From assembly GCA_977016875.1 (NCBI GenBank), contig CDRNST010000104.1, forward strand, positions 4,340,001 through 4,404,000: a DNA stretch of 64,000 nt. Direction: 5' to 3'. A program made the translations under genes and the position numbers. This stretch comes from Pavona decussata. Lineage: Eukaryota. Below, piece by piece: positions 50,620 to 63,516 of this stretch (position 1 is its first letter; each line of letters opens with the position of its first letter). Below the pieces are notes generated by a model that made no database searches, had not been told where the DNA came from, and saw only the letters and a list, made by a program, of their open reading frames with translations.

Positions 50620-51300
50620 ATTGTTTAGAAACAACACTAAAGGTTCATTTGAACTTCAGATGGCTTGATGTTACCCCCAAAGATATGTTACTTAATTAGA
50701 GTACGCATTACGGAAACTCGTCTCCATCTTATTCCTGTCATACAGTTGCATTCTTTGTACCATTCTCAGGAAAAACATAATCTTATAATGAATTCGATCT
50801 ATCATAGCTTATGACTGGAACTCGAGCTTCTTTACAATTCCGCTGAATATCCCGTTACAACTGTTGGTCAACGATAACAACGTTACACGACGTTCCCACG
50901 ACTTCATGTCATCATTGTTAAATTAATGTGAGAAAATTAACATAAGTGGTATCATATACGTGCACAGAAATGGAGTGAGAAAAGTTACCTGTAAATTACA
51001 TTCAAGCATGGGGATTTACAATCAAACAAGTGTTCAGCGTCGGTCTTTTCTTTTTAGTGACGAGCATTTCAAAAATTACACACTCAAGCTTACCTCGACA
51101 TTTCCGAAGGATTTCAAAGTTATCATGAAGGCTCAGCCGTCTAACCTTTTAAACTGTTTATCAGAATCGATCCCTAATTATTGGAACTATTGGTGTACTT
51201 ATCACTACTATCTGTTTTTGGAGTTTTTTATTCACTGATGCCAATCTTTGAAGTCATTAACTTGCAGCGTCTTGCTATAGCAATGTGGCGATCTTTGTGG
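50620..51300 (+). pseudogene. Possible highly decayed opsin/GPCR paralogue
   Basis: Short collinear matches to the 63.5 kb opsin: agaaacaacacta; ttacaactgttggtcaac vs ttaccactcttggtcatc; NRSLIIGTIGVLITTICFWSFL/SLMPIF vs NRTFSRKRAICLSVAMWLYALFWSVMPLC. Contains stops and frameshifts. Confidence 0.35.
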
Positions 51301-53194
51301 AACAATTAACCAAGAAAGCGATGTTTTTTATATTTTAAAGAATATTTATCACCTTTCAACGGATAACCCTGCCAGCTTAGAACAGTTATTAATTAAAATA
51401 AATTATTAAAATGTGTAAGTGCACTATGTGGGGGGCACGCCAAATGCTTTCCATCACCAATTTTCCCACCCATTTTTTCTTATGCGAGAATTGGCGACAT
51501 TTTCGTTAATTAAAGAACATTCTAGTTTCATCACAATTGAATTTAAACTCCGTCATTTGGAAATATAAAGAATATCGAGCGCCGTTAGTTGCCGAACGTC
51601 TTTAAATTGGAAATAATAGCTGCAGTTTGAAGCTTTTATTATATTTAGAATAACTCCATCGGCTAATCTTTGATCATTCCTAACAACAATTTGGTTGCTA
51701 TGCGAAACCGAGCAAACTGAAGAATGTTGTTTCGCCAGTCTTTGTATGGGGTATTCACAGTGAAATCACTTGTCGTCTACTGGTTTAAATTGGATTCAAG
51801 GGAAGCTTGAGTGAAACACGTAACAGTGATATACACATGGCAAATGAATTCTTAAGCAAAGCCTGGTAAGCAAATACAGTGTCTGTTTTAATAGCATTGC
51901 CAGTAACAGTGAGATTGTTTGTATGAATTGCAAGTTGGATAGGAGCGAGAGTAGTTAGATTATTTGGGTTTAATTCATTGAATTGTTTTCTTCTGTTAGT
52001 ATCCTCGACCTTACACAGGTAGTGATTTTTGAGTTTATCTCAGTCCAACTCATTATGTAGACACGCAGTAAGACATGAACTGTCAAAAAAACCTTTTGTT
52101 TGAAGAGCATTGAAGAGCATTTGAGTGCAAATCACACTGCAGGAAAACGAGGGCCAATGATGACTCAGTGAAGTCTTACCGAGATATTACAAGTGCTAGC
52201 TGTGAGTGCTAGCTGGCGTTGTCAACTAATTCACGACATGTTTTAATTTCTGCCCGTACCAAAAGCAAATTTGAGCGTTAAATCGTAATGTCTTGATGCT
52301 ATAATGAAGGGTAGAGAATTTAAATTTGTTGCAGATAATGTTTGATGCGCGATCATCTTGGTGAATTCTTATGCAATCGGATATTTCAGAATTGCGTACT
52401 TCCCTGCAAACAACTTCGAAATTCATATGACGGCAATTCTAGTCATCTGGGAGAGGCAAAGGACTCAGATTCATCTACTACTTTTTCAAGGCCTGACACT
52501 TTAAGCGCTATACCTTAACATTTATACTGAGTTGGGAACTGAAAATAGCAGCTAGTGATTTTGAAAACTTTTGCAGGTGTCGATTGGGCAGAAGACAATT
52601 TTTTGGTGGTCCTACGTTTTATAAATTGCGCATGGCTTTTAAAACACGTAAAATATTCGAATCTAATAAACTTTTAGTTACTCAGCCTTGCAGGCTTTAC
52701 AAGGCCTCTAAGTTTACCCAAATGTCTTAATATCTTGGAGGGAAGATAAATTACGTAGCAAATTTCTTAACTGTCGCCTGATAGGGGGCCCGGGCAACGA
52801 ATTCGTGCGTGGTCACTTCAGAATACTGCGAACCACTTGGCAAACACTGTTCACCAACCAAAATGTAAAAAAAATCACTGTTTCCCTTCTGGAAGCACTC
52901 AGATTTACTAGCGTTTGCCAATACTGAAGTGCTTTGTCAAGGTGCATCAATTGGTGCCCGGTGGATGCCGTATTTCAAAAGGTAGAAAGAACTACTGGCC
53001 ACACTGACGAGTTTCTCATCCAGCACATCGTAGAACTGCCCATTCAGTGTTAAGTCTTAGGATCTCCGCTTAGTTAGAATAAAACGGATGACGGTGCTAG
53101 AGCTTTCAACCACCGAAGCACAAACTGGCCAAAAGTAAAGGTACTACAAAAATACAAAATGTTCACAGCCGTTTGAAGGCGATGGCGAATTAAT

Positions 53195-53560
53195 AATAAT
53201 CAATCTTTAACGAGGAAGCCCACATCACAAATTGGTTTTCAGAAAGGTCCTCATTTAAGACCTGAACTAAATCAAGGTAAGACCTACACTAAAATGAAAG
53301 TAACTAGCAGTAGATAAGAATAAATTAAGTAAGGATAGATTAATTACATGCTAAAATTCATGCTAAATATATACTGGAAAAAACTATGGATTAAAAAAAT
53401 GGCTTTGGACAAGCCACGCTTAAATGCAGCTATGGTGGGTGTCTCTCTTAGAGTAATGTCTTGGGTAATCCATAAATCAGCAACGAAGTTTAGAGTAGTC
53501 CAATGTCCCCATCTTCTAGAAGCAAAAGATTAACGGATATTAAGCTTAGATCTAGTATTA
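53195..53560 (-). mobile_element. LINE 3' fragment
   Basis: Minus strand ends ...TPTIAAFKRGLSKAIF, followed by a UTR and (ATT)n tail. Confidence 0.55.
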
Positions 53561-54265
53561 TAATTATGAAAACTGCTATTGAACGAACAGTGAAACGAGA
53601 GCATAAACAGTTTATGAACAGACTTTTAAATAAAAATAGCGGGCTGCCCAGCCCTTCGCCGTTGTAAAGGCCTCCGGTGGAGCATCGCAAGTGCGTCGCT
53701 TGTAGAAGCGCACAGGGGAAGATCTAAAGTGAGTCGCGCAGCCTTATTATGTAGAACTTGTATCGCTTAATTGTAGGAATGATTTAATGCGCCACAGAAG
53801 ACCTAGTTTCGCGTTTCTCTTACGGTAATCAACGTGTTCTTGTAAGATTCTTACTAATAACTAATCCTCAGTATGGAAAAGCCGATTGGGCTTCATCAAG
53901 ATGTTTACCGTTGGTGGAAATAACAAAAAAAGTCGATTTTACTTAGCCTCGCATTACTGATTAACATAAATTGTGACTTCTTGATGTTCAGAGTAAGTTG
54001 ATTCCATCTGGCGTTGCATATGTGTCAGAGGTCCGAGTCCAACTCCGATTCAATTTCTGATATGAGTTTCGAGGAGATTAGCTGAGATTCGTATTTCAGA
54101 ACTGAGTAACGCTTTCCTTCACGCACGCTGAACAATAACTATTCGCTGAACAATATCTTCACATCTGAGAAAACCAAGAACTAAGATAAAATGGTTTTGT
54201 AAGTTTTAAAGTGTGCTGTCTTTCAGGGTTCGTAGAATTCAAATTCCAAATCTATCAAGAGCCGC

Positions 54266-54511
54266 GTGAGGCTGTTGAAAGCCCGATTAAGCTAATCCCG
54301 GGTTAACGCGAACTTTCATTCCAATTTAATTACTAATCAAAGAAGACTCTTCAAAAAGATTTTTGTTCACCTGTTTTGACTTAGACTTAGACTTTTTTTT
54401 ACCACTAGCTTAAAATTAGCTTTAAAACCATTTTTAATGAGCGAGATGAACACCTCGGTTTATTTTTAATCGTGGATTAGCGTTGATCGGCTCTCGAATT
54501 ACCGGGCCCTG
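54266..54511. mobile_element. MITE family A copy
   Basis: Collinear with the 20996 copy. Confidence 0.75.
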
Positions 54512-56245
54512 GGGTGTTGTTTATTGTACTGGATCAAGTGATTCTAACTTTCGAGTCTTGATGAAATTCTGCAGTGTCATCATTCAAATTACAAGGTGTC
54601 AAGTTCGAGACTGCAAAGCATGGTTTAGTGTGTGGGAACAGGTGAGGAGGGGGGTGGATTCAAATCTATCGCGTGGTCTTCGGTCACTTGGGCGATCTCT
54701 TGGCAGTTTCAGCAGAAAATTCCGAGTTCTGAAATGGCTAAGTATGAACTAGAACGGTTAAGCGAGATCTGCGAGATGGAAACGTTCAATACCGAACCAA
54801 AACGTCCCATCAGTGTACGATCAAAGCTACTCAGAGCAGTATACTCCGCCAACAAACTTAGCACATACTACAAAATCAAACTACAACAAGTACGTTTTAA
54901 AATATGCTCATCAAGGTACGGTTTAATTGTACATTTGCGACTGATCATGATATGCGACTGATAAGGAAACGAATTTTACGAAGTAATTATAGTACTGCAG
55001 GCAATCTATCTTCTTTTGTCATAATACCACCAGCACTTTTTGCGAGCAATTGCGTCCGTTCTGGTTAAAAACGGTGAGTGTCAGTGGCCAGATTGCTGAA
55101 GAGCACTTTATTTGTGTTATCGTTATAGCGTTATGGTACTTGTGAGTCTGTGGATGAAATCCTAAAGTGCGACCCTTCCAGTTTCTCTTTGAACATTACT
55201 TCTAAAGAGCTTTCCATTTATTTTTATTGACTTTATTAGGTGCATGGATAAACTGTGATCGCATTCAAATGAAAGCTATTAAGCAGTAGTTTCTTGTGGT
55301 GCTATTTATTCTGCTGTAACCCGGTGGTTCCAACGTTTGAGGGTGAGGGTGAATACGCAAAATGTGACCATTTAAGTATTTTACAACAATGAATGGATTT
55401 GACATTGTAGTAAGACGTTAATTTCATATGTTCCCTTTATGCCACCTAATTACTATACGAAGAGAATACAGCCCAGAAAACAACTTTACATGTTTGGAAA
55501 CCGTTTATAGGATTTTTTTGTTATGCGGTGATTGTATGTGCTTCATTAGAAATCGGCCTTTATGAAGACAGTGTTCTGTTTCTTGTAAAGTACAGTTGAG
55601 AACATGCGGATCTGCATAGTGAATGATCCTGCACACTAACTGGCTGTTACAGTGCCTGTTTTAAAAGAGACATATGTTTTTTCGGTTTATTGTTTCAAAC
55701 TAAATTTACCCTCAAGCCCAGCTAAATACGGCGACCTTATAGCAAGAAATAATTTAAAAACCAGTGAACAATGCCAAATGTATGCCAACTTTGCCGTATC
55801 AATTTGCGGCCAAGGTCTGATCAGTGTTATCAATTTCTCGTAGGGTTCAAGGTCCTGAAGGAAAAGTGTTGTAACGATTACCTGTCAGTGCAATTAGTCA
55901 TGTCTATACAGAGTATAGTGAGCGAGTCACTCGTAGAATATTTCACGGTATACCAATTGAAAGCAATGCATAACTAGTATAAGCAAAAGCGAGAGTGTCC
56001 ATGTTGTATCGGATACAAATTGTGCAGATTACTTTTGAATGTTCGTGCTTATCGACTGATAACTATCCATCGCAGTCTGAGACTTTAAATGAAGTTGAAA
56101 GCTGAAGTTGAAGTCTCCGATACATCTGAAGCATTTTAAGAGAGGTAATAGCAGGAACATTTCCTGTAAATCTCTGTATCCGATTTGCAGATACAATACC
56201 CATGTAACACTCTTAACCCCTATATTCTTTTTATGACTAGAGTGC

Positions 56246-56948
56246 TATAAATAAATGACATAGCCGGAATTACAACTATGCGCCCTGGATTTTGTTTTTT
56301 AAAGTTAAATGCACATAAAGGCTCGCTCTTCTATGATTGCTACTTTAGTGTCTGTCGCCAGGCGACAGCAATGAGTAAAGGCGAGGGTTATTATCGATTT
56401 TAGGAAGATGTATGGTACGACCCCTTCGATTTATCTTCGCCGAACTCACAAACCCTTTTAATAAAATTCTGGGAAAAAAACGAACTAGATGAAAGATGAC
56501 AAAGCTCTAATGAAAGACAATCATCGCCCACAAACCGATAAGGCCTGATTTTGTCCGAGATACAGTTAACAATTGTTAAATGTTTTTTTTTTTCTGTTCC
56601 AGCGAAGAGTGATTTTCAAGGACTGTGCATGCAGCAAATTGGTATGGTAAGTGATTTTGTTTTCTGCCTGTAATTTGTGGTATTCAGACGTACACTCAAG
56701 GCGCCTTCTTGACTTATTTTTAGCTAACAAACCAACATTTTCATATGCTTGTATTACAGAGCTGGAAATCATTAGAGGTGGCCATGCAGCTTTAACAAGG
56801 GCAAGTGGCAGATCTCACTTAGATCTTTTTACGACCCTTGGCAGTAACTGCGTGACTGTTGCAGGAAGTCAAATTTCTTGCTTCATTTGGTTGGGACCTG
56901 CATGCATGCCTGCAGACTAACTAAGAACATATTTCTCTTTGCTGAAAG
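56246..56948 (+). promoter_or_regulatory. Candidate opsin promoter and non-coding 5' exons (TATAAATA 56246; exons ~56603-56646 and ~56760-56948)
   Basis: Poly-T acceptor ...ttccAG at 56602, donor GTAAGT at 56647, branch-like GCTAAC, acceptor tacAG at 56759, donor AAG|GTAAGT at 56949. The block has a diverged paralogue at 46.7-47.4 kb. Confidence 0.45.
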
Positions 56949-58470
56949 GTAAGTACCCTTTGAAAGTGGAAAGTTGACAGTCTTTTCAGAGCGATGAAGA
57001 CTGTTATCGAGCCGGGAAAGCAATATAAATATCAGTTTCTAGAACTACCCGCAACTACCGGGCAATACCAGCGAAAAAGTTAACTACCGTTGCAACCAAC
57101 CATTTCAGGGGACCACAATTGGTATCCACAATAACGCGAACTTGAGTTCTACTAACCTGTCTGTCTTTTAAACTTCAAATTGAACCAGGACTAGAAAACC
57201 TCGACTCCCATCCTAAAACACAACTAGTGGTGCCTGCAAAGTTTAGAGCAAGAGAAAGGCGATTTTGCTAATTCTTCCGTAAACTTTTCATTTCTATTTT
57301 CAACGGAATAACACCGGGGTAAGAAGGGAGATAATTCCTCCATAACAATTATTGGGTGCATTCAAAAAACGCGGAGAACGTGTGAGAGTTTCAAGAGAGT
57401 TGATCACAGGTCAAGGGCTAATCAATGTCCTCTATCTTGCGCATCTTTTGTTCGTGCTTCGAATTCCCTGAAAACAAGCGTTTGCCAAACAGGAGGTACT
57501 CAAAAACACGACGCAATCGATTTAATAAACTCCTCGGAAGAAATGGAAAACAAAGCGCAATTAAGTGTCAAGGGCACTGCTGTGCGATCCGGGTATGACT
57601 TCCTCAATGAGCTGTTGATTCCGATGGCTTGGGCCAGTTGGAACCAGTTCTAGATATGTCCTTTGATATCTTATCTTACATACCTTGTTACGACGCTGTC
57701 ATATGCAATAACATTTGAACAAATGCGAACAAAATGGCAAATACATAGAAGGTGAGAAAAACTCCAGCAGCTCAATAATCGATGGACTAGCATGCTATCC
57801 CGGGTTTCCATCCTATCTTGCATCCCTAGTCTCTTCATTCAAGAACTGAAAAATCAGAGATCAGCGCTCAAGAAGTGATATCTCAGGAGTGTTATGTTAT
57901 CACATCCTGATAATACTCATTAACAACGTTTTCCCTTTTCACCGCTCTGGATAATTAAATACCTCGCTGTTCGGCTACTCGACTGTGAAAGGAGAGAAGA
58001 TGTAGTACTAGGGAACGTTAAACAGTCTTTAACAATTAAGGGGAAATCATTTAAATTTTCACGAGAATCTTTGTAAGCTCAAACTCACTCATGTAAATTT
58101 GTTTCGACTCTCATGCTCACGTACACGATATGCAACCTTTCAGCGCCAAGCCGGTGATCAACATGTAATTTCTCCTTTAAGTGTCACCGCTCATTCAAAC
58201 ACGCATGCCATGATCAGAAATGATCAGCAAAGAAATTCCCCTCACTTCAACTATAAGAAATATGTATATAGAATAGTAAGGAGAGAATGAATCTTCAACA
58301 CTTGCTAGCGGGTTTCAATAGGTATAAAAAGAACTCTTGAATAGTGCAGGGACCACTTATACAAACAGCAGCAAAGTGTAGCCGGATCTTTGTGTAGATC
58401 AGGATCAGCAATGTTGAATAAAACGTAAAATTAAATGCAAGGCTGATCGGACAGCTAAAATAATTTTATT

Positions 58471-58515
58471 GCCCAATATTTCGGTTAGACAATACTACTA
58501 TCCTTCGTCAGGGGC
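58471..58515 (-). ncRNA. Minimal type I hammerhead ribozyme (Penelope-type)
   Basis: Minus strand reads GCCC-CTGACGA-a-GGATAG(tagtattgt)CTAACC-GAAA-TATT-GGGC: intact core, perfect 4-bp stem I, stem II with one mismatch, palindromic AATATT. Confidence 0.7.
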
Positions 58516-59347
58516 TGCAAAAGCTAAGTAAAAATTGCAAATAAAGGGTTGCAATATTTTTAAAAAGATGATACAAATGAAAGTTGAGATGTGATTGGTT
58601 GATAAACAAAGAAAGATGAAACTTGTACAGTCGCCATTATTAAAATAGCAAAAAATAAACCTCTTGCGTACGTTCTCCTCGGGGCATCTCTCGCTTAGCC
58701 AGTTGAGTTAAATGCACGGTCATCGACTCACTTCCACTCTCAAAGAGTTGGAGCTCTCGTGAACTCCTGTCCTCTTGTATTCACTCTCATCAACTCTTAT
58801 GCAAAGAATCAGTCGATCGTTCGACAACTTGTCAACAACGGTTGCCCTTATTTTAGAAAATTTTAATAAAAACCTTATGGTAAATTGCTTTTAGCATCTA
58901 CAAGGAATTATTTTGTTAATAAAAAATGATTGAAAACTCCGCGGGCTTCTTAGTAATGTAAATTTCATGATAACAAAGGTACCAGTGAGAGCTAACCTTC
59001 GTCTACTGTGTTGTCGTGAAACGCAAGTTGACTATTTTCACAACTGATCTTAAACCGTAAGTATGGATCAAATTTTTCTTTGCCTACGGGAGTTGAGAGA
59101 ACAAAATGAAAATGTTAACGTGATCATGAAATATGTGTGATGTTGGAACACTACACACTGTGAATCTTCCATGCTTTATCATAGGGTACGTTAAATCAGG
59201 TGGTAGTATTCATTGATATCTTTTTCAGTTCGGTAGTCTTTATTAGTTAAGGTGCTTTTCATTAGGCCGAAAGAAATTTATGGTCGACTACGTAAAACTT
59301 GACATCTTGTAGATCTCCGGTAAGAACTGGAAAGTGTAATTTATTTA

Positions 59348-59700
59348 CAGTCAATCCAGGTCACGCGTGAACAGTAATTCCAAGAATGAAATGAACATTC
59401 GAATTTCTCTTTGTAATGTCCGACGTGTGAATGGAATGTTGGACATCTCTCTGGAAATCGTTCCGAAAAAGACGCATTAACTGAAAAAAAGATTCAAAAT
59501 ACTTGAGAAACAATTGTTATTCTTGAAATATTCAATTTTGCAATGTAAAGAAAACTTCATAGCTTTATACCGTCAATAAGCTAGGGAAATTTATACCGGG
59601 AACTCTGAAATCTCGTTGGCGATTTTCAAAACTGACATGTAAATTTCAAAACTTCGTTCAAATTTCAAAAATATCGTTCACGCGTGACCTGGGTTGACTG
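59348..59700. mobile_element. TA-flanked MITE, same family as 34893-35256
   Basis: TA|CAGTCAATCCAGGTCACGCGTGA ... TCACGCGTGACCTGGGTTGACTG|TA. Confidence 0.85.
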
Positions 59701-60935
59701 TAAACGTTGAAAACTTTGCCACCTTCCTCTTCATTAAAATATTATAAGTTGGCAAATAATAATGAAATACGGAGTTTGCAAGCCCCGAGGCAGAACGAAG
59801 GCGCTGTTAAAAGTTGCCACACTTGTAAACCACAATTTGAGTCACTCTGAAAGGATTAGCAAAGTTAATGAAACTTTGCCTAGAGCTGACAGCCCTAGAG
59901 GAAGGCTTATACAGACAAATAAAAAGGAACTACAATTAATAAATTTAACTTCAAATCGCTGATAGTACACCGGACACCACAAAATGTAGGTCCAGGAGCG
60001 CATCTTTTTTAGACAAGCAAGTGCTAAATTAACCGTGTTCCGAAGCTTGCATGTCTAAAAATGGCAAAATGAGTGGGAGTGAAGCCAAAAGAGGTGTTTT
60101 GTATGTGAGAGCAAGTGCCATGGAAAAAGAAATACAAAAAAGAAGCTGACTGCAGCAAGGAAATCAGATGGAACTAAACTTTCCTGAATTCAGTTTCTGG
60201 CTTTAGTAACTTAGCGCAAGCCCAGATCGGACTGACCGGCGTTAAATACAGATACACTTAAGGAAAACAGATTTCAAACGCTTTTCATTTTGGACTAGCC
60301 GTTTCCTTATCATGGCGGATAGGTTTCCACTTTGAACAACTACGGACTGTACTTTACAAGTACTTTGGCGCTTGGAAACAAATCCAACTGCAGAACGGGG
60401 AAATTAAACTCAAACGGGCAACTCGCCCACGGGAAAGAGCCGTCACTCTTCAGGTCTAACCGCGAAGTGCGTGGACAACTAGCTGAGACAACTTGACGTT
60501 TGGTTCCGACAGCAGTTTATTCTTTAAACACGTAACAGATATGAGCTTGTGGAGGACTTAACGAAAAACAGTACAAACTGACTAGCTTATATATATATAT
60601 ATGATTCGTACACCTGTTCACTTTAATTAAAGAAGCCACACAAAAGGTGCATATACAAAATTTGTTTGATCTTAGCGAAATTAGAAGCTGTCGTTGGTAT
60701 AAGGCTCTTTTTAAAAGTACAGTATTCTAAATTAAAAATTCCTAAAAAACAATACACTATAATTGATGCAGAGACAGCAAACGGTTCTTGGGGGACGTAC
60801 TGGCGACGAATGAATAGAATTGCAAGCCGGTCAGCGAGTGGCTGTTGAAGCACGTACTAACGCTGTTGAAGGCAGGGAAATTAACCCACATACAATACTA
60901 TTTGGAGAAATGGTAGTTTTAGTAACCATAACAAG

Positions 60936-61600
60936 CAGAGCCCATTTATTCAAAGCCCGGTTAAGCTAATCTTGGGTGAACGTTTGATTGGAGTATATTT
61001 AATCTGTAAGAATTCGTCCAAAAGATTTTTTTGTCGTTTAGTTTTGCCTTAGACTCTTCTTTGCCATTAGTTTAAAATGAGCCTTTAAAATCATTTTTAA
61101 TGAGTGAGATGTTAACCGACACCTAACCCTAAAATTCTTTTTCTCTTAAATAAATCTTTGCACCTGTTCGAAACGCATTGAGCCTTTTTGCGCCTTTTTT
61201 CAACCAAATCTTGACTTTAAAAGTTACGAAATCTAGCCATCATCTGTCCCATGACCGAGCTAGTAAGGGGCATGGGTCTATTCCTTACTTGACGTCACAA
61301 ATGGATTTGCATTGTATTAAGTCTTTGTGAAAATGCATGCAAAGCAGTTTGTGACTTCATGTAAGGAATAGACCCATGCCCCTTACTAGCTCGGTCATGG
61401 GACAGATGATGGCTAGATTTCGTAACTTTAACAGCCTATAAAAAGTCAAGATTTGGTTGAAAAAAGGCGCAAAAAGGCTCAATGCGTTTCGAACAGGTGC
61501 AAAGATTTATTTTAACGAAAAAAAATTTGGGGTTAGGTGCACTTTAACTTTTAATCGTGAATCAGCGTTAATCGGCTTTCAAACAACCCGGCGGGCCCTG
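60936..61600. mobile_element. MITE family A copy carrying a nested ~430-bp palindromic TTAA element (61116-61543)
   Basis: Host halves are collinear with other copies; the insert is almost fully self-complementary. Confidence 0.85.
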
Positions 61601-62651
61601 AACTCAACGCTCCGGAAAGCGCCTCGAGAAAAAGTACTGTTACCTTTCTGTAGAATTATTATTTAGCAAATAGCACGAAATTACGGTTGAATACGGCCAC
61701 ATGTAAATATAGCGAATTATTCCCTTAAAAACTAAATCCGGCTACGGCAAGCAACGATAAAAAGTTAAATCCCCATGTAAAGCTGGATACAAATAAGACG
61801 AACCCTTCAACCTAATTGATCACTTTGACCTTCTCAACCTCAAAAACACATGAACTCGCAAAAAAACACAAATTCTGTACACATTTCCTACCGCTCTTTC
61901 ACTTTATACTGGTCAAACAAAATGAAGATGATTTTTTTCTACAGTACTCGTGTACTGGAACGGGGATGCTCTGGAGCTAACTCGCTAGCGAAGAGGAACC
62001 TTCAGCACTTCGGGATCTTCTACTTACAATGTTGAAGTCGCGATATTGAACTCTCAACTCAACTGTATTTCAAATTAAACTCTCAACTATTACTCCTTTT
62101 ATAAGCTAATTGACAGGAAGCTGCCTAATCAAATTATAGATCGATAATACAAAGTTGAGCAGCTATCACTGTGTGAATTTAACACAGCAGAACCAATGAG
62201 GAATATAACAGATGATAAACAAACAAGAGAAATGAAGTTTGCTAAGTATATGGCTTCATTTAATCCGCTGATCCCTCCCTCTACACTTTAATTCTTCTTA
62301 AACATTATCTCCTTCCTTTGAAACCTAAGCTAGACTGACATTTGGCGTAACACCAAAAATAATCAACAAACTCTTGAGATTGATTAAGGAAACCTGTACT
62401 ACAAAGTTAACAATCAATCATCGTTGACATCAAATTCATGAAATTAGAGTATTTATTTCCAAATATATCCTCCTCCGCAATCTCTTTTAACCCTCAGTAA
62501 GTCCCAATAGTGACCAGAAACTAATTTCTCTCAACAGTATTCTAACTGATGAAGAACACAATTCATGTGAAAAAAGGAATTAGTTACCTAAAGATAAAAT
62601 GTATTAATGATTAAACATTTTCTCCAATCTAGCAACAAGAGTTATCCAGAC

Positions 62652-62908
62652 GTATCTAATCGATGATCAATGACATCAATGAGTAATCGATGGGTAATCA
62701 ATGAGTAATCAACCGATTAGTCATTGATTATTGGCGATGATCAATGGGTAATCGATGACTAATCGATGATCAAAAATTTTGTGGCCTATCGATTACTCAT
62801 CGATGACATCGATTACTTATCGATGTCATTGATTATTCATTGATGCTATTGATTACTCATCGATTACCTATTGATTACTTATTGATTACTCATTGATTAC
62901 CGAATACC
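62652..62908. repeat. Fold-back array of ~11-bp ATCRATGAGTA units
   Basis: Mostly forward units up to ~62770, reverse units after. Confidence 0.8.
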
Positions 62909-63159
62909 ATTTCTTGTGGATCGTCGTTAAGAATATGGGTATGGAGAGTTTTTGTACACCCACCCGGTGGCTTAAGTTCTGTAGACTTTGAGCGAATCAA
63001 TTTTTGAGAATCATTGCATTTAGAAAATGACGGAGAACATGCATGCTAATATTGGCGCTTTAAAAAGGGTTCTAGTCACTTTCCATTTTTTTCTCCGACC
63101 GGCAATGCTTGGATACTGTTACTTGTTGTTATCATTCCACGTGATTCCACGAGCGCACT

Positions 63160-63191
<32 letters not shown>

Positions 63192-63516
63192 ATGTAGCGC
63201 CCAATTAGCTATAATATCCAACAAACGCCTGTGGAATAGCTGAAAGATATATATTGCTAGATCATGGTGATGTCGTTTTGCAAGAAACAACGAAGGCAAT
63301 TTAATGGCCGCTATTTCTCGGGCATGGTGTAATGGCTGACACCCCATGGCCGCTAAGCTAAAGCGATCAAAACTGTTGAATTGCATTATCCAATGATCTT
63401 ATTTTAATAATTGTTAATTATTATAGCGGCAGTTAATGAGCTATGACTGTATATTTTTTACAGGGTTTAATCGCTGAACAGGAGAAAACAACACTAGCAT
63501 AAAGATACAAAAGAGC

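Noticed and set aside
34893-59700. Large inverted repeats as ends of one 25-kb transposon
   Set aside because: Each copy has its own TIRs, so they are independent MITE insertions.
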